A stretch of DNA of 52,687 bases, from contig CANQUB010000004.1 of the NCBI GenBank assembly GCA_947626955.1, positions 1 through 52,687 of the forward strand, written 5' to 3'. This DNA is from an uncultured Clostridia bacterium. GTDB lineage: Bacteria > Bacillota > Clostridia > Christensenellales > UBA1242. The notes beneath the pieces were generated by a model. That model saw only the letters and a program-made list of their open reading frames with translations. It did no database searches and was not told where the DNA came from. Below are positions 1-9,546 of this stretch, piece by piece (positions within the stretch are counted from its first letter, which is position 1; each line of letters starts with the position of its first letter). The translations under genes were made by a program, and so were the position numbers.

Positions 1-76
1 GGTCGGGGTGGAGAGACTCGAACTCCCGGCCCCATGGACCCAAACCACGTGCGCTACCAAACTGCGCTACACCCCG
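1..76 (-). tRNA. tRNA-Pro(TGG); terminal A of CCA lies just outside the window
   Basis: Reverse complement CGGGGTGTAGCGCAGTTTGGTAGCGCACGTGGTTTGGGTCCATGGGGCCGGGAGTTCGAGTCTCTCCACCCCGACC folds as a cloverleaf; anticodon loop TT-TGG-GT; T-loop GTTCGAG. Confidence 0.95.
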
Positions 77-104
77 ACGTTGGATTCATACGCTGACCTT
101 TTAG

Positions 105-133
105 AATATACACTAACTTACGCCTATTGTCAA
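105..133 (-). promoter_or_regulatory. sigmaA-type promoter of tRNA-Pro
   Basis: TTGACA-17 bp-TATATT on the minus strand upstream of the tRNA. Confidence 0.65.
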
Positions 134-172
134 CAAAAAAACAAAAATTGCCTAAAAAGTTTATGAACGACT

Positions 173-841
173 TCACACAAACAAAGTTATTATATAGATA
201 ATTAGCAAATGTGTTGGATATGTTATATAAAACAACCACTTCAAATTAGTTTTACCCTTTTCCCCATTATAAAAGGCCAAGAGTCCAATGCTAATTAGGC
301 TTACAAATTGAGTGAACCCCCGCAGCACATACCCCGAAATTGCAAAGTCTCTTAGCGACATCACGCACAAGATAGCCGCCCCAATCGCAAGCCGCACCTT
401 TTGGTCTTTTATAAAATAGAAGGCCACAACCAGCAATACTCCCAAAAGGCCGTAGTCCACCACCCCAAACATCTGCGACAGCACCAAAAACAAGCCAGTT
501 ACGACCAGCCAAACCATGTTTAAGGTTGGGTTTAAATTATAACCTTCAATCAGGTAAATGCACAAAATTGAAATTAAAAATGTAAAAAGTATGTTAAAAT
601 TCCACCAATTATGCAAAAGAACATACGGGATTTGCGAAATGAGGGCAAAAACAAGCAGGGTCAGCACATACTTTTTTCGGCTTTTTGTGTACCGCCAGCC
701 TTCGGCAATAAAGAAGGCAAAAATAGGAAAGGCTAATCTCCCGATTAGCCTCATAATAACATTGTTGCCCACCAAAAACGCGCCAACATGATCGATGATC
801 ATGGTTAGCACGGCAATAATCTTTAGATGGTTGCGGTTCAT
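173..841 (-). CDS. TraX-family membrane protein (putative acyltransferase)
   Basis: N-terminal LKIIAVLTMIIDH and GRLAFPIFAFFIAEG motifs, C-terminal YNGEKG...FY.YP.HL; multiple TM helices; start overlaps the ABC-F stop. Confidence 0.85.
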   Translation of the reverse strand: MNRNHLKIIAVLTMIIDHVGAFLVGNNVIMRLIGRLAFPIFAFFIAEGWRYTKSRKKYVLTLLVFALISQIPYVLLHNWWNFNILFTFLISILCIYLIEGYNLNPTLNMVWLVVTGLFLVLSQMFGVVDYGLLGVLLVVAFYFIKDQKVRLAIGAAILCVMSLRDFAISGYVLRGFTQFVSLISIGLLAFYNGEKGKTNLKWLFYITYPTHLLIIYIITLFV

Positions 842-2415
842 CAGTCAATACCCAAATATTCGTTGTAGGTGGTCTCTTTGTCGAAGGCCTTTTTGCCACC
901 TTCTATTACAATGATTCGGTTGGCCACTGTTTGCAAAATTTCGTGGTCTTGCGAAGTGAACAGCATTGGCGACTTGTAGTTAATCATGCCCTTGTTTAAA
1001 GCAGTTATGCTTTCAAGGTCAAGGTGGTTGGTAGGCTCATCCATGATAAGCACATTGCCAGCCTTGAGCATGGCACGAGCCAGCATACATCTAACCTTCT
1101 CGCCACCGCTGAGCACTTTGGCCTTCTTCATGCCCTCTTCGCCAGTAAACAGCATTCGGCCAAGCCAGCTTCTAAGATAGGTCTCATCCTTTTCCACCGA
1201 ATATTGTGCCAGCCAGTCCACAAGCGAAAGGTCGCACCCCTCGAAATATGCGTCGTTATTCTCAGGCAAATAGGAAACGGTTGTGGTATTGCCCCACCTT
1301 ATGCTGCCGCTGTCGGGTTGCTCTTCGCCCACAAGGATCTTAAACAGCATGGTTATGACATTGGCCTTGTCGCTCAAAAACGCAATTTTGTCGTTTTTGT
1401 TGACTGTAAAGCTTACTTTTTCGAAATATCCAGTCTTTGTAAGGTTCTCCACCTTCAAAACTTCGTTGCCCACTTCGCGTGAAGGCCTGAAATCTATGTA
1501 TGGATATTTCCTCGACGACGGCTTGATGTCCACAAACTCCAGTCTCTCAAGCTCCTTCTTGCGGCTAGTAGCCTGCTTGCTTTTAGAAGCATTTGCGGCA
1601 AACCTTGCAATGAAGTCCTTAAGCTCCTTGGCACGCTGCTCGGCCTTCTTGTTTTGCTCTTTGGCCTGCTTTGCGAGAAGTTGACTGGTCTCGTACCAAA
1701 AGTCATAGTTACCAATGTACATATTGATCTTGCCAAAATCCACGTCACAAATATGCGTGCAAATTTTATTTAAAAAATACCTGTTGTGCGAAACGACGAT
1801 GACAGTGTTTTCAAAGTCCAGCAAAAAGTTTTCCAGCCAGTTGACTGTCTTTGCGTCGAGGTTGTTGGTTGGCTCGTCCAAAATCAGCACGTCTGGGTTT
1901 TTGAAAAGTGCCTTTGCAAGCAGCACCTTGACCTTAAGCTTTGGCTCGACGTCGCGCATTTGCACATTAAATAGGTCAGGTGAAATTCCCAAATCCTGCA
2001 AAAGGGTTTGAGCCTCGCCCTCAGCCTCCCAGCCGTTCAGCTCCATAAACTCGTTTTCAAGCTCGGCTGCACGAATGCCGTCCTCGTCCGAAAAGTCAGG
2101 CTTGCTATACAAAAGGTCCTTTTCACGCATGATGGCAACCAGCCTCTCATGCCCCATCAAAACGGTGTCCTGCACGGTAAAGTCGTCGAAGGCGTTTTGG
2201 TTTTGCTCAAGCACTGAAATACGCTCGCCCTTATCTATTAAAATTTCGCCCGAACTTGGTTCTATCTTGCCCGACAACAGCTTTAAAAATGTAGACTTCC
2301 CCGCCCCGTTTGCACCGATAATTCCGTAGCAGTTACCTTTGGTGAACTTGAGGTTGACTTCATCAAACAAAACCCTGCCACCAAACTGCAATCTTACATT
2401 ATTAACAAGTATCAT
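841..2415 (-). CDS. ABC-F family ribosome-associated ATPase (YkpA/YbiT-like)
   Basis: Two ABC domains (GANGAGKS; LDEPTNNLD; LSGGEKVR; MDEPTNHLD), no TM segments, inter-ABC linker ASKSKQATSR. Confidence 0.9.
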   Translation of the reverse strand: MILVNNVRLQFGGRVLFDEVNLKFTKGNCYGIIGANGAGKSTFLKLLSGKIEPSSGEILIDKGERISVLEQNQNAFDDFTVQDTVLMGHERLVAIMREKDLLYSKPDFSDEDGIRAAELENEFMELNGWEAEGEAQTLLQDLGISPDLFNVQMRDVEPKLKVKVLLAKALFKNPDVLILDEPTNNLDAKTVNWLENFLLDFENTVIVVSHNRYFLNKICTHICDVDFGKINMYIGNYDFWYETSQLLAKQAKEQNKKAEQRAKELKDFIARFAANASKSKQATSRKKELERLEFVDIKPSSRKYPYIDFRPSREVGNEVLKVENLTKTGYFEKVSFTVNKNDKIAFLSDKANVITMLFKILVGEEQPDSGSIRWGNTTTVSYLPENNDAYFEGCDLSLVDWLAQYSVEKDETYLRSWLGRMLFTGEEGMKKAKVLSGGEKVRCMLARAMLKAGNVLIMDEPTNHLDLESITALNKGMINYKSPMLFTSQDHEILQTVANRIIVIEGGKKAFDKETTYNEYLGID

Positions 2416-2541
2416 AATAACTCCTTATCTTAAGATAATATAACCTATTTGAGCTTTCCTGTCAATCAAATAACAAATATGGCAAATTCAATTTACTTTT
2501 ATAATAGAAAAGTGCTACCATAATATGTGAGGTGAAAAACT

Positions 2542-3507
2542 ATGAATTACACTGTTCTTGGCTGCGGACGTTGGGGCAGCTTTATATCTTGGTACCTGGA
2601 CAAAACCGGCCACAAGGTTACAACTTGGGGGCTGGAAACCGACCCATATGTGGTCAACTTTTTCTCGGCTAGAAAGAACAACTATGTCGAATTGCCCGAG
2701 AGCATCTACCTTACCTGCGACCTGAAAGAGGCGCTTGACCGCAACAACTATATAATCATTTCCATAAGTGCACAAAACCTGCGAAATCTTGTTTCAAACA
2801 TCAAACAAGTTCCCGGCTGGGAGGAAAAATATTACTGCCTATGCATGAAGGGCATTGAGGAGGCCACCGGCAAACGCCTGAGCGAAATCCTTATTGAAGA
2901 GGGGCTAGACAAAAACCACATCGCCACCTGGGTTGGCCCTGGGCATATCCAGGACTTTACTCGCGGCATTCCAAGCCTTATGCTTGTGGACAGCTACGAC
3001 GTAAACCTTGCCCGCAAGCTGGCCGACGACCTCAAAAGTTCGCTTATACGCTTCTATGTTGGCCACGACATGATTGGAACCGAAATTGGTGCTGCAGCTA
3101 AAAATGTCATGGGCATCGCTGCTGGAATGTTGGATGGCGGCAACATGACTTCGCTCAAAGGTGCTCTTATGGCAAGAGGCACACGTGAGGTCGCAAGACT
3201 CATCAAAGCTGCCGGGGGCAACGAGCTTTCAGCATATGGGCTTTGCCACCTTGGTGACTACGAAGCCACTCTGTTCTCCCCTAATTCGCACAACCGCAAG
3301 TTCGGCGAAAGCTTTGCAAAAGGCGAATATTTTGACAAGCTTGCCGAGGGTGTACAAACCTCATATGCCCTGCTTAAGCTTGCAAACAAAGTGAACGTCG
3401 AGCTGCCAATAACCAAAACTGTCAGCGAAATTTTGTCTCATAAAGTTGATCCAAAATCGGCCCTTGACAACTTACTAACCAGAGAGAACACCGAAGAGTT
3501 TGATTAA
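2542..3507 (+). CDS. gpsA: NAD(P)H-dependent glycerol-3-phosphate dehydrogenase
   Basis: Rossmann GCGRWG, MKGIE, AAKNVMGIAAG, GLCHLGD...T..S..SHNR, AEGV motifs; RBS GAGGTG. Confidence 0.88.
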   Translation: MNYTVLGCGRWGSFISWYLDKTGHKVTTWGLETDPYVVNFFSARKNNYVELPESIYLTCDLKEALDRNNYIIISISAQNLRNLVSNIKQVPGWEEKYYCLCMKGIEEATGKRLSEILIEEGLDKNHIATWVGPGHIQDFTRGIPSLMLVDSYDVNLARKLADDLKSSLIRFYVGHDMIGTEIGAAAKNVMGIAAGMLDGGNMTSLKGALMARGTREVARLIKAAGGNELSAYGLCHLGDYEATLFSPNSHNRKFGESFAKGEYFDKLAEGVQTSYALLKLANKVNVELPITKTVSEILSHKVDPKSALDNLLTRENTEEFD

Positions 3508-3642
3508 AGCTTAGCTTAAAAAAACGCAAATTAGCCAGCTAAAAACATAAAAATCGCATTCATTTTGCGATTTTTCTTTTGAAAGTATATTTTGTTTGGC
3601 TTTGTCAATACTTAAGTCAAACGTCAAAAAGAGGTTAAGAAA

Positions 3643-4500
3643 ATGACAAAACCAAAAAGTAAAAACTCCAAACCATATGTAAGAAAGGGCACCAAACATA
3701 CGGCCAAGCCTAGTGCAAGTGCGAAAAGTAGTCAGCCTAGTGCCAGTGCAAATAATAGGCCAAAAGCCGCCAGCTCGCATGACAGCACTAAGGCTTTAGC
3801 AAATAACCAAGCTAGAGCCACTGCTGCAAATGATGATCAAATAAAAGAGCCAACCCGCACTAATGCTAACCATGCCACCAATACGGCCACCAACACTCAA
3901 ACAAGAAAGGTGGACAGCCAGCCAAAAAGTGCCGAGCACAGTGGCAAGTCAAGTGAAAGCCAGTCAAAGGGCCGCGAGCAAGGCCTCACCCCTGAAGGCA
4001 AGACTCAGTCTAAGCACAACTCCAACATGTCTCCCGACAAAAGGCATATGCTTATCGGGCTAATAATCGTTGGCATAACCATAATTGTGGGGGTCATTGC
4101 AACACTACTTGGCGGCAAGATGGACGACTCATATGTCAAACCGCCTGTCTATCCGCCCGAATGGGTCTTCCCTGTCGCATGGTCAATTATATACATTTCA
4201 ATTGCCATAGCTTCATACCTTGCCTACATTATGGTGGCCGACGACAAGAAACGCCGTGGCGACGTCATATGGTATGGCATTCACCTGTTCTTCAACTTCA
4301 TGTGGCCGCTGTTCTACTTTACACTTGGATGGTTGATATTCTCGTGCGTATGGCTAGGATTGGTGATAGCCACCGCAATCGTGGTCACCTACCGCTTCTA
4401 TAGAGCCAACCTAACATCGGGAATAATTTTCACCATATATACCCTGTGGCTGATATACGCACTCTACCTAAGCCTTGGCATAACCATATTAAATGCATAA
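3643..4500 (+). CDS. tspO: TspO/MBR tryptophan-rich sensory protein with long low-complexity N-terminal extension
   Basis: C-terminal ~150 aa contains KPPVYPPEWVFPVAW, FNFMWPLFYF and YTLWLIYALYL (TspO signature); first ~130 aa is S/A/K/N/T/Q-rich. Confidence 0.8.
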   Translation: MTKPKSKNSKPYVRKGTKHTAKPSASAKSSQPSASANNRPKAASSHDSTKALANNQARATAANDDQIKEPTRTNANHATNTATNTQTRKVDSQPKSAEHSGKSSESQSKGREQGLTPEGKTQSKHNSNMSPDKRHMLIGLIIVGITIIVGVIATLLGGKMDDSYVKPPVYPPEWVFPVAWSIIYISIAIASYLAYIMVADDKKRRGDVIWYGIHLFFNFMWPLFYFTLGWLIFSCVWLGLVIATAIVVTYRFYRANLTSGIIFTIYTLWLIYALYLSLGITILNA

Positions 4501-4527
4501 AAATAGCACCCGTTTGGGTGCTGTTTT
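4501..4527. terminator. Bidirectional intrinsic terminator
   Basis: aaatagcaccc-gttt-gggtgctgtttt hairpin between convergent genes. Confidence 0.75.
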
Positions 4528-4996
4528 AATTTTCAGTTTTGTCGAGTGAAGTTTTCAAAAATCTCAGCGAGCTGATACCATTGAGTGGATCGCCGCCCGA
4601 AACATGTTTGAAGTTCTTTAGAACAAATTCTTCTTCTTTGAATTCGTAGTAGCAAGTATATTTGGTGTCAGGGCTAGTTCCTATAATAGTTATAGTGGCC
4701 GCATATTTATGGTTGAAGCCGCGTGTCGACAAATATGTAAATGTCAGTGTGTACTTTTGTTCTTTTTCAAAAGTGGCTGTAACCTCACCCTCTTTAGAGG
4801 TTATCACAAAATCCTCGGTTTCACATCTCCATGTGCCTTCAACACTAAATGGAGAATATTTTAGTTGCTCAGACATACTTGGCAATGTAACCAAATATGC
4901 TATCCAGCCGCCAATGATTCCCAGCCCCAAAGTAAGGCCGATTATGATTGGTAACCATATGCTTACAAATTTGTTCTTTTTCTTTTCTTCTGCCAT
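4526..4996 (-). CDS. Hypothetical membrane-anchored protein
   Basis: Start moved to MAEEKKK (AAGGAA RBS); one N-terminal TM helix followed by a beta-rich domain. Confidence 0.7.
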   Translation of the reverse strand: MAEEKKKNKFVSIWLPIIIGLTLGLGIIGGWIAYLVTLPSMSEQLKYSPFSVEGTWRCETEDFVITSKEGEVTATFEKEQKYTLTFTYLSTRGFNHKYAATITIIGTSPDTKYTCYYEFKEEEFVLKNFKHVSGGDPLNGISSLRFLKTSLDKTEN

Positions 4997-5062
4997 AATT
5001 TTGTTCCTTTTTTGCGGTTTTACACCGGTTTTTTGCATTTTATCATTGTGTTTTTGCGTTTT

Positions 5063-6100
5063 TTATTTTGTCGCTTTTTCTAGCAAAGTTATCTTTTTAT
5101 TGTCGGCATCTAGCTCGCACATACAGCCAAGCGGCAAAACTGTTATTGGCTCAGCGTGCCCAAAGTTGACATTGTATATGATTGGAAAATCTCTATTCAC
5201 TTCATTTTTAAAGAAGTCCACAATGGTCTTTTTAACCGGCTCATAGATCTCTTTTAAAACAGGCTTGCCTATGATTATCCCGCTGATTACATCAAAAATT
5301 CCTTGTGCGTTCAGGTTTCTCAAGTAATAAATTAAGTCATCCCCAAGTCCCTTATCGTCGCAAATCTCCAAACAAAGTATCTTGTTTTTGAAGTCGCTGA
5401 CTTTTGGCCATATTGGCGTACCCATGATGCATATGAAGGTGTCGATGCATCCACCAATCAATCTGCCACGAACCTTGCCGTGACCTTGAAGCACTTCATA
5501 GCCGTGATTATCCTTATGAAACTTGCGAGGGGTGTTCATGTTCTCCTCTTTCCACCACACCACGTCGTCATTGTAACTAGCAACACCGCATGGCTCAATT
5601 TCCAACTTGTCTTTTGGCTCGAACAATGTGTCGACGATGGCCTTACGGGTATAGTCATTTATTTTGACATATTCGGAAAAATTATTCAAAACGCTTGCAC
5701 CGTAATAAGATATAAGCCCAGCCTTGTGCATCATGAAATGATTGACAGTGGTGTCCGAAAAGCCAGTGAAGATCTTAGGATTGTTCTTAATAACATCAAA
5801 GTCGATATATGGGAGTAGCCTGATCGTATCGTCCCCGCCGATGGCATTGAAGATGGCCTTTATGCTCTTATCCTTAAAAGCGTCCATAAGATCTTTAGCT
5901 CTTGCCTCAGGATGCTGGTAAAGATAATCAATGCCCTTCAAGGCGTTTGGCATCACAACCACTTTCAACTTAAAATCCTCTTCAAGTCGCTTTTTGGCAA
6001 TGTCGAGTTTATGAATGGCCCAAGGCTCACCAAGCGTGCCTCTAGATAGAGAAACTATGGCAACCTTGTCTCCAGGCCTTAAACGTTCAGGTTTAATCAT
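5063..6100 (-). CDS. S66 family peptidase (LD-carboxypeptidase / MccF-like)
   Basis: IKPERLRPGDKVAIVS, AIGGDD, KIFTGFSDTT (catalytic Ser), GRLIGGC, NFGH (catalytic His). Confidence 0.9.
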   Translation of the reverse strand: MIKPERLRPGDKVAIVSLSRGTLGEPWAIHKLDIAKKRLEEDFKLKVVVMPNALKGIDYLYQHPEARAKDLMDAFKDKSIKAIFNAIGGDDTIRLLPYIDFDVIKNNPKIFTGFSDTTVNHFMMHKAGLISYYGASVLNNFSEYVKINDYTRKAIVDTLFEPKDKLEIEPCGVASYNDDVVWWKEENMNTPRKFHKDNHGYEVLQGHGKVRGRLIGGCIDTFICIMGTPIWPKVSDFKNKILCLEICDDKGLGDDLIYYLRNLNAQGIFDVISGIIIGKPVLKEIYEPVKKTIVDFFKNEVNRDFPIIYNVNFGHAEPITVLPLGCMCELDADNKKITLLEKATK

Positions 6101-6156
6101 ATAACACCTCGTCTATTATTATAATGAACTTAGTTAAAAAAGACAAGGAAAAAAGC

Positions 6157-6666
6157 TTATTTGTTTTTAATAGAGCGAATAAGGCCACTTATGCTAAAAA
6201 TAAGCAGCGAAGCCTCGATGGCTGCACCAACATAACTTGTAATTAAAATAAGGTAGGTAGAGCAAATAATATTTCGAATAATTGCACTGGCTTTGGCAAA
6301 AATGATGCCATTTATTGTCACTGAAAAAATGCAAATTGACATGTAAATTATTGGTAAAAGGCTTACAAAACCATCAAAAGTTAGCACCGCAACGGCAATC
6401 ATGCCGGTTTGACAAAGTGCATACATACAAACCTTGATTATGGTTTTATTGTCCTTAGTAAAGAAAGACACTAGCATAAAAAGGCCTTCAATCAAAATTG
6501 CAATAGCACCTGAATAGGCCTTAAGGAGTGCATAGTGTGCACTGAATAAAATATCATTAATAAGGAAAAAGAGTATCATTCTACTCTTCTTCTTAGAAAG
6601 CACCGATAGCATAAAGGATATATCGGCACAAACAGCTAAAATTTGCGAAATAATATAAGCAGTCAC
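6157..6666 (-). CDS. YgjV-like inner membrane protein
   Basis: Very hydrophobic 169 aa; ISQIL...HYALLKAYSGA pattern. Confidence 0.6.
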   Translation of the reverse strand: MTAYIISQILAVCADISFMLSVLSKKKSRMILFFLINDILFSAHYALLKAYSGAIAILIEGLFMLVSFFTKDNKTIIKVCMYALCQTGMIAVAVLTFDGFVSLLPIIYMSICIFSVTINGIIFAKASAIIRNIICSTYLILITSYVGAAIEASLLIFSISGLIRSIKNK

Positions 6667-6689
6667 AACCTATCTCTAATTAATGTGTA

Positions 6690-8645
6690 TTATAATCTAT
6701 CTTGAATAAAGCCTTTAATTTTACCAAAAACCGCATTAAATTCACAAATATGGTCATTTATAGCCTTTATTATATCCCATTTTTCAGGCTCTTTTGCGTT
6801 TTTTAGTGAGTCAAGTAGCTCAGTTAGTTTAGATGAAACACCATCAAGTCCAAGCTTACAATTTTGCAAATTTTTATACTTGTTTTCGCAATCACATGGG
6901 AAAAATGGTGTATTTTCATCATATTTTGCTGCATTTTCAATTGTATTTTGCAGTTTTATATTTATATGCGTATTTATTTGATAAATTATTTGTTTTGCCT
7001 CAAAAAGTACGCCCGACACATAGCTTTCCTTTCGCACATTGTCTAATATTTTTATCTCTTCTCTAGACATTACTCCACAAGTGTTAAGAAATAAGATATT
7101 TTCTTTCTTTTTAAGCAGGTCAACAGTATCCAAAAAGTCGTCATATCGTTTGAGCCCTCTATGCTTGGCCTCTCTCCCCCACTCGCTGCTATAGTTATCG
7201 CCGTTAAATATAACTGAGCTAGATATAAGTAGATTTTTGTATGTTATGCTGCGGAGGGTTTTGATATTATATCCTCTATCAACAAAGACCTTTTCAGCCC
7301 TCTTTACTTCATCAAGCAAGGCCGTCATGATTATTGTGTTGCATAATGCAATGCTTTGGTTAGATCCTAACATCCTAAACTCAAACTTGTTGCCGGTATA
7401 TGCAAATGGGCTTGTGCGGTTGCGATCACAGCCATGATGATAACCCACCTTCCTTCCAAGTATCTTATCAATCATATGCTGCACTTCGTCACCTACATAG
7501 ACTGACAGCAGTGGAGGCGGTGCCTCATTGCCTCCCAGCCTCATATCATTCGAGTAACTGCTAACCGACAGCCTAATGAGGTCGCTATGCTTATGAACAG
7601 CGGCTATTATGCAGGACATAAGGAACATAAATATGTCTTTGTTTGCTGTTTTATAATCGAGCAAATTGTGCTTTAAATCAGCTGATAGCGACCAGTTATT
7701 GTGCTTGCCGCTGCCATTAACCCCATTAAATGGCTTTTCATGAAATATGGCAACTAGGCCACATTTGCTTGCTATATCTTTAATTTTTTGAGTGATAATT
7801 TGGCTTTTTAAATAGGAGTATTCCACACGGTCATATATCGGCACAACCTCATACTGGCAAGGTGCAACCTCACTGTGCATGGCCTTTAAAACAACTCCAA
7901 GCGGCAGCAACTCCTCGTATAGCCTCTTCATAAAAAACTGCACTTTTGTCTCTGGCAAGCTGAAATAATGCCCATAAAACTGGCTTTTGAGCAAAATTTC
8001 CTCGTTCGCCAGCGTCCGTCCGCATTCAGCAAGGCCGCAAAATTTATGTATGTTTTCTTTGTCAATTAGGAAAAATTCCTGTTCAAAACCCACAGTGTAG
8101 TACACGTGTTCGCACGTTTGGCCGAACTTATTTAGCACACTTGTTAAATGTTTATCAAGCTCATGCGAGGCTCTAAACAGTGCCGCTTTTTCGTCCAAAG
8201 CTTCGCCAGTGTGGCTTATCAAGAAGCTTGGAAGAAATAAGACTTTGCCAATATCCAGTTCATCAATAAAAATTGGGCTTTGCCTGTCCCATAATGCGTA
8301 ACCTTTAGCCTTGGCTGTCGTCCTATTGCCCCCACTTGGAAAACTGGATGCATCGGTCTCGCTTTTAAGCAGGGTTTGTCCATTAAATTCAATTTTACCG
8401 TCAGGGCCCAAAAAACTCATAAATTTCAGTGCTGGCTTGCCGCTTAATGGAAAAAACAAGTGAGCGTAAAATTTGGCCCCTCGCCTTGCCGCCCATTTAG
8501 ATATAATCTTAGCAATTCTATCCGCCAGCTCATCTTCTAGTTTATTGCAATTTATTGAGGCCTCGAATTTTTCGCCCCATTTTTTGCCGAGTTTTTTGAC
8601 AATTTCCTCATGTGTTAAAACATTGCAAGAAAAAAAGCTTTTCAT
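6690..8645 (-). CDS. Glutamine synthetase type III (GlnN-like)
   Basis: DASSFPSGG, GFEQEFFLID, HSEVAPCQYE, HEKPFNGVNGSGKHNNWS, RLGGNEAPP, DRNRTSPFAYTGNKFEFR motifs. Confidence 0.9.
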   Translation of the reverse strand: MKSFFSCNVLTHEEIVKKLGKKWGEKFEASINCNKLEDELADRIAKIISKWAARRGAKFYAHLFFPLSGKPALKFMSFLGPDGKIEFNGQTLLKSETDASSFPSGGNRTTAKAKGYALWDRQSPIFIDELDIGKVLFLPSFLISHTGEALDEKAALFRASHELDKHLTSVLNKFGQTCEHVYYTVGFEQEFFLIDKENIHKFCGLAECGRTLANEEILLKSQFYGHYFSLPETKVQFFMKRLYEELLPLGVVLKAMHSEVAPCQYEVVPIYDRVEYSYLKSQIITQKIKDIASKCGLVAIFHEKPFNGVNGSGKHNNWSLSADLKHNLLDYKTANKDIFMFLMSCIIAAVHKHSDLIRLSVSSYSNDMRLGGNEAPPPLLSVYVGDEVQHMIDKILGRKVGYHHGCDRNRTSPFAYTGNKFEFRMLGSNQSIALCNTIIMTALLDEVKRAEKVFVDRGYNIKTLRSITYKNLLISSSVIFNGDNYSSEWGREAKHRGLKRYDDFLDTVDLLKKKENILFLNTCGVMSREEIKILDNVRKESYVSGVLFEAKQIIYQINTHINIKLQNTIENAAKYDENTPFFPCDCENKYKNLQNCKLGLDGVSSKLTELLDSLKNAKEPEKWDIIKAINDHICEFNAVFGKIKGFIQDRL

Positions 8646-8693
8646 ATTTTTATAATATGCAAAAGCTTTGTTTGTGGCTAATTGCCTTTCAAT

Positions 8694-9148
8694 CTATCTT
8701 CTTATCGTGCCATTAATTTTCTTGGCCGCCTTTCTAACCTCTTGGCCATTTTTGCGGTAGTCCTTATAAAAAGCCTCAGCAACCTCAGGTGGCATCAATG
8801 GCAAATTTGGAATATCGGCAATTTTTATTGCTGTTGGCTTGTACACGCCGTTGTTGCGGCCAGCCTGAAACTCCTCGCCTTGCCCCGTGCCAAGCTCGCC
8901 CGAAACCCATTTGCAAACGTAAAAATATTCGATGCTCCTTTCGCTTTCGTAGGTGTACACCTTCTTTATAGGCTCAACCACTATTCCAAATTCCTCGAGC
9001 ACCTCACGCTTTACGCATCCTCGCTCTCGCCCGCTTCCATGCCGCCGCCAGGAAAGGTGTAGAACACTCGCCCCTCTCTTTCGCGATACATCGAAACTAT
9101 TTGCTCATCAAAAATCACAATAGCCCTTCCGCTCTTTCTTTTATCCAT
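8694..9148 (-). pseudogene. Nudix hydrolase, frameshifted inside the Nudix box
   Basis: ATG at 9148 gives MDKRKSGRAIV...FPGGGMEAGESE then a stop; CVKREVLEEFGI continues in another frame (ORF 8694..9002). Confidence 0.8.
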
Positions 9149-9164
9149 TTTTTATCTCCAAAAT

Positions 9165-9506
9165 TTATTTTTTTATCACGCACTGGTCGGGATTCCATGC
9201 AGGGGTACAAATCTCAGCCACCTTGCACACACCTTCCCAAAAGTTTTTTTCACCAGCAGCAATAAGTATGGCGTCGCCGGCTTTAAAGGAAATAACTTCA
9301 TTCTCCTTGCAAATCTTGCCCTTACCCGAAATTATATAGGCCATTTGCTTCACCTTGAGGTTAACGCAATAGTCCTTGTCGGGATAGCGGCCGCTTATCT
9401 CAGCCACCGAAATATCTATATCGTCGTCTTTGTGCGGATACAGCCACTCCAGGCATTTTTCGCTGTTTTTAAACTTTATTGTATCTTCTTTTTTAACAAT
9501 CTTCAT
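9165..9506 (-). CDS. Cupin-domain protein
   Basis: GRYPD...N...YIISGKG...FKAGDAILI..GEK..WEG, ending TPAWNPDQ. Confidence 0.75.
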   Translation of the reverse strand: MKIVKKEDTIKFKNSEKCLEWLYPHKDDDIDISVAEISGRYPDKDYCVNLKVKQMAYIISGKGKICKENEVISFKAGDAILIAAGEKNFWEGVCKVAEICTPAWNPDQCVIKK

Positions 9507-9546
9507 TTGACCCCTCGGCCGCTAAATTTAATTTGGCAGTGTGCGC

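Noticed and set aside
173-841. TraX-family gene as evidence of a conjugative element next to tRNA-Pro
   Set aside because: It is translationally coupled to a housekeeping ABC-F gene and no other transfer genes, integrase or att duplication are visible; TraX-like proteins are common chromosomal membrane proteins.
841-2415. ABC-F as an antibiotic-resistance determinant
   Set aside because: The sequence resembles housekeeping YkpA/YbiT-type ABC-F; no leader peptide or attenuator and no mobile context seen.
5063-6100. Microcin C immunity or bacteriocin cluster
   Set aside because: The S66 peptidase is stand-alone; no precursor, adenylase or exporter genes are nearby.
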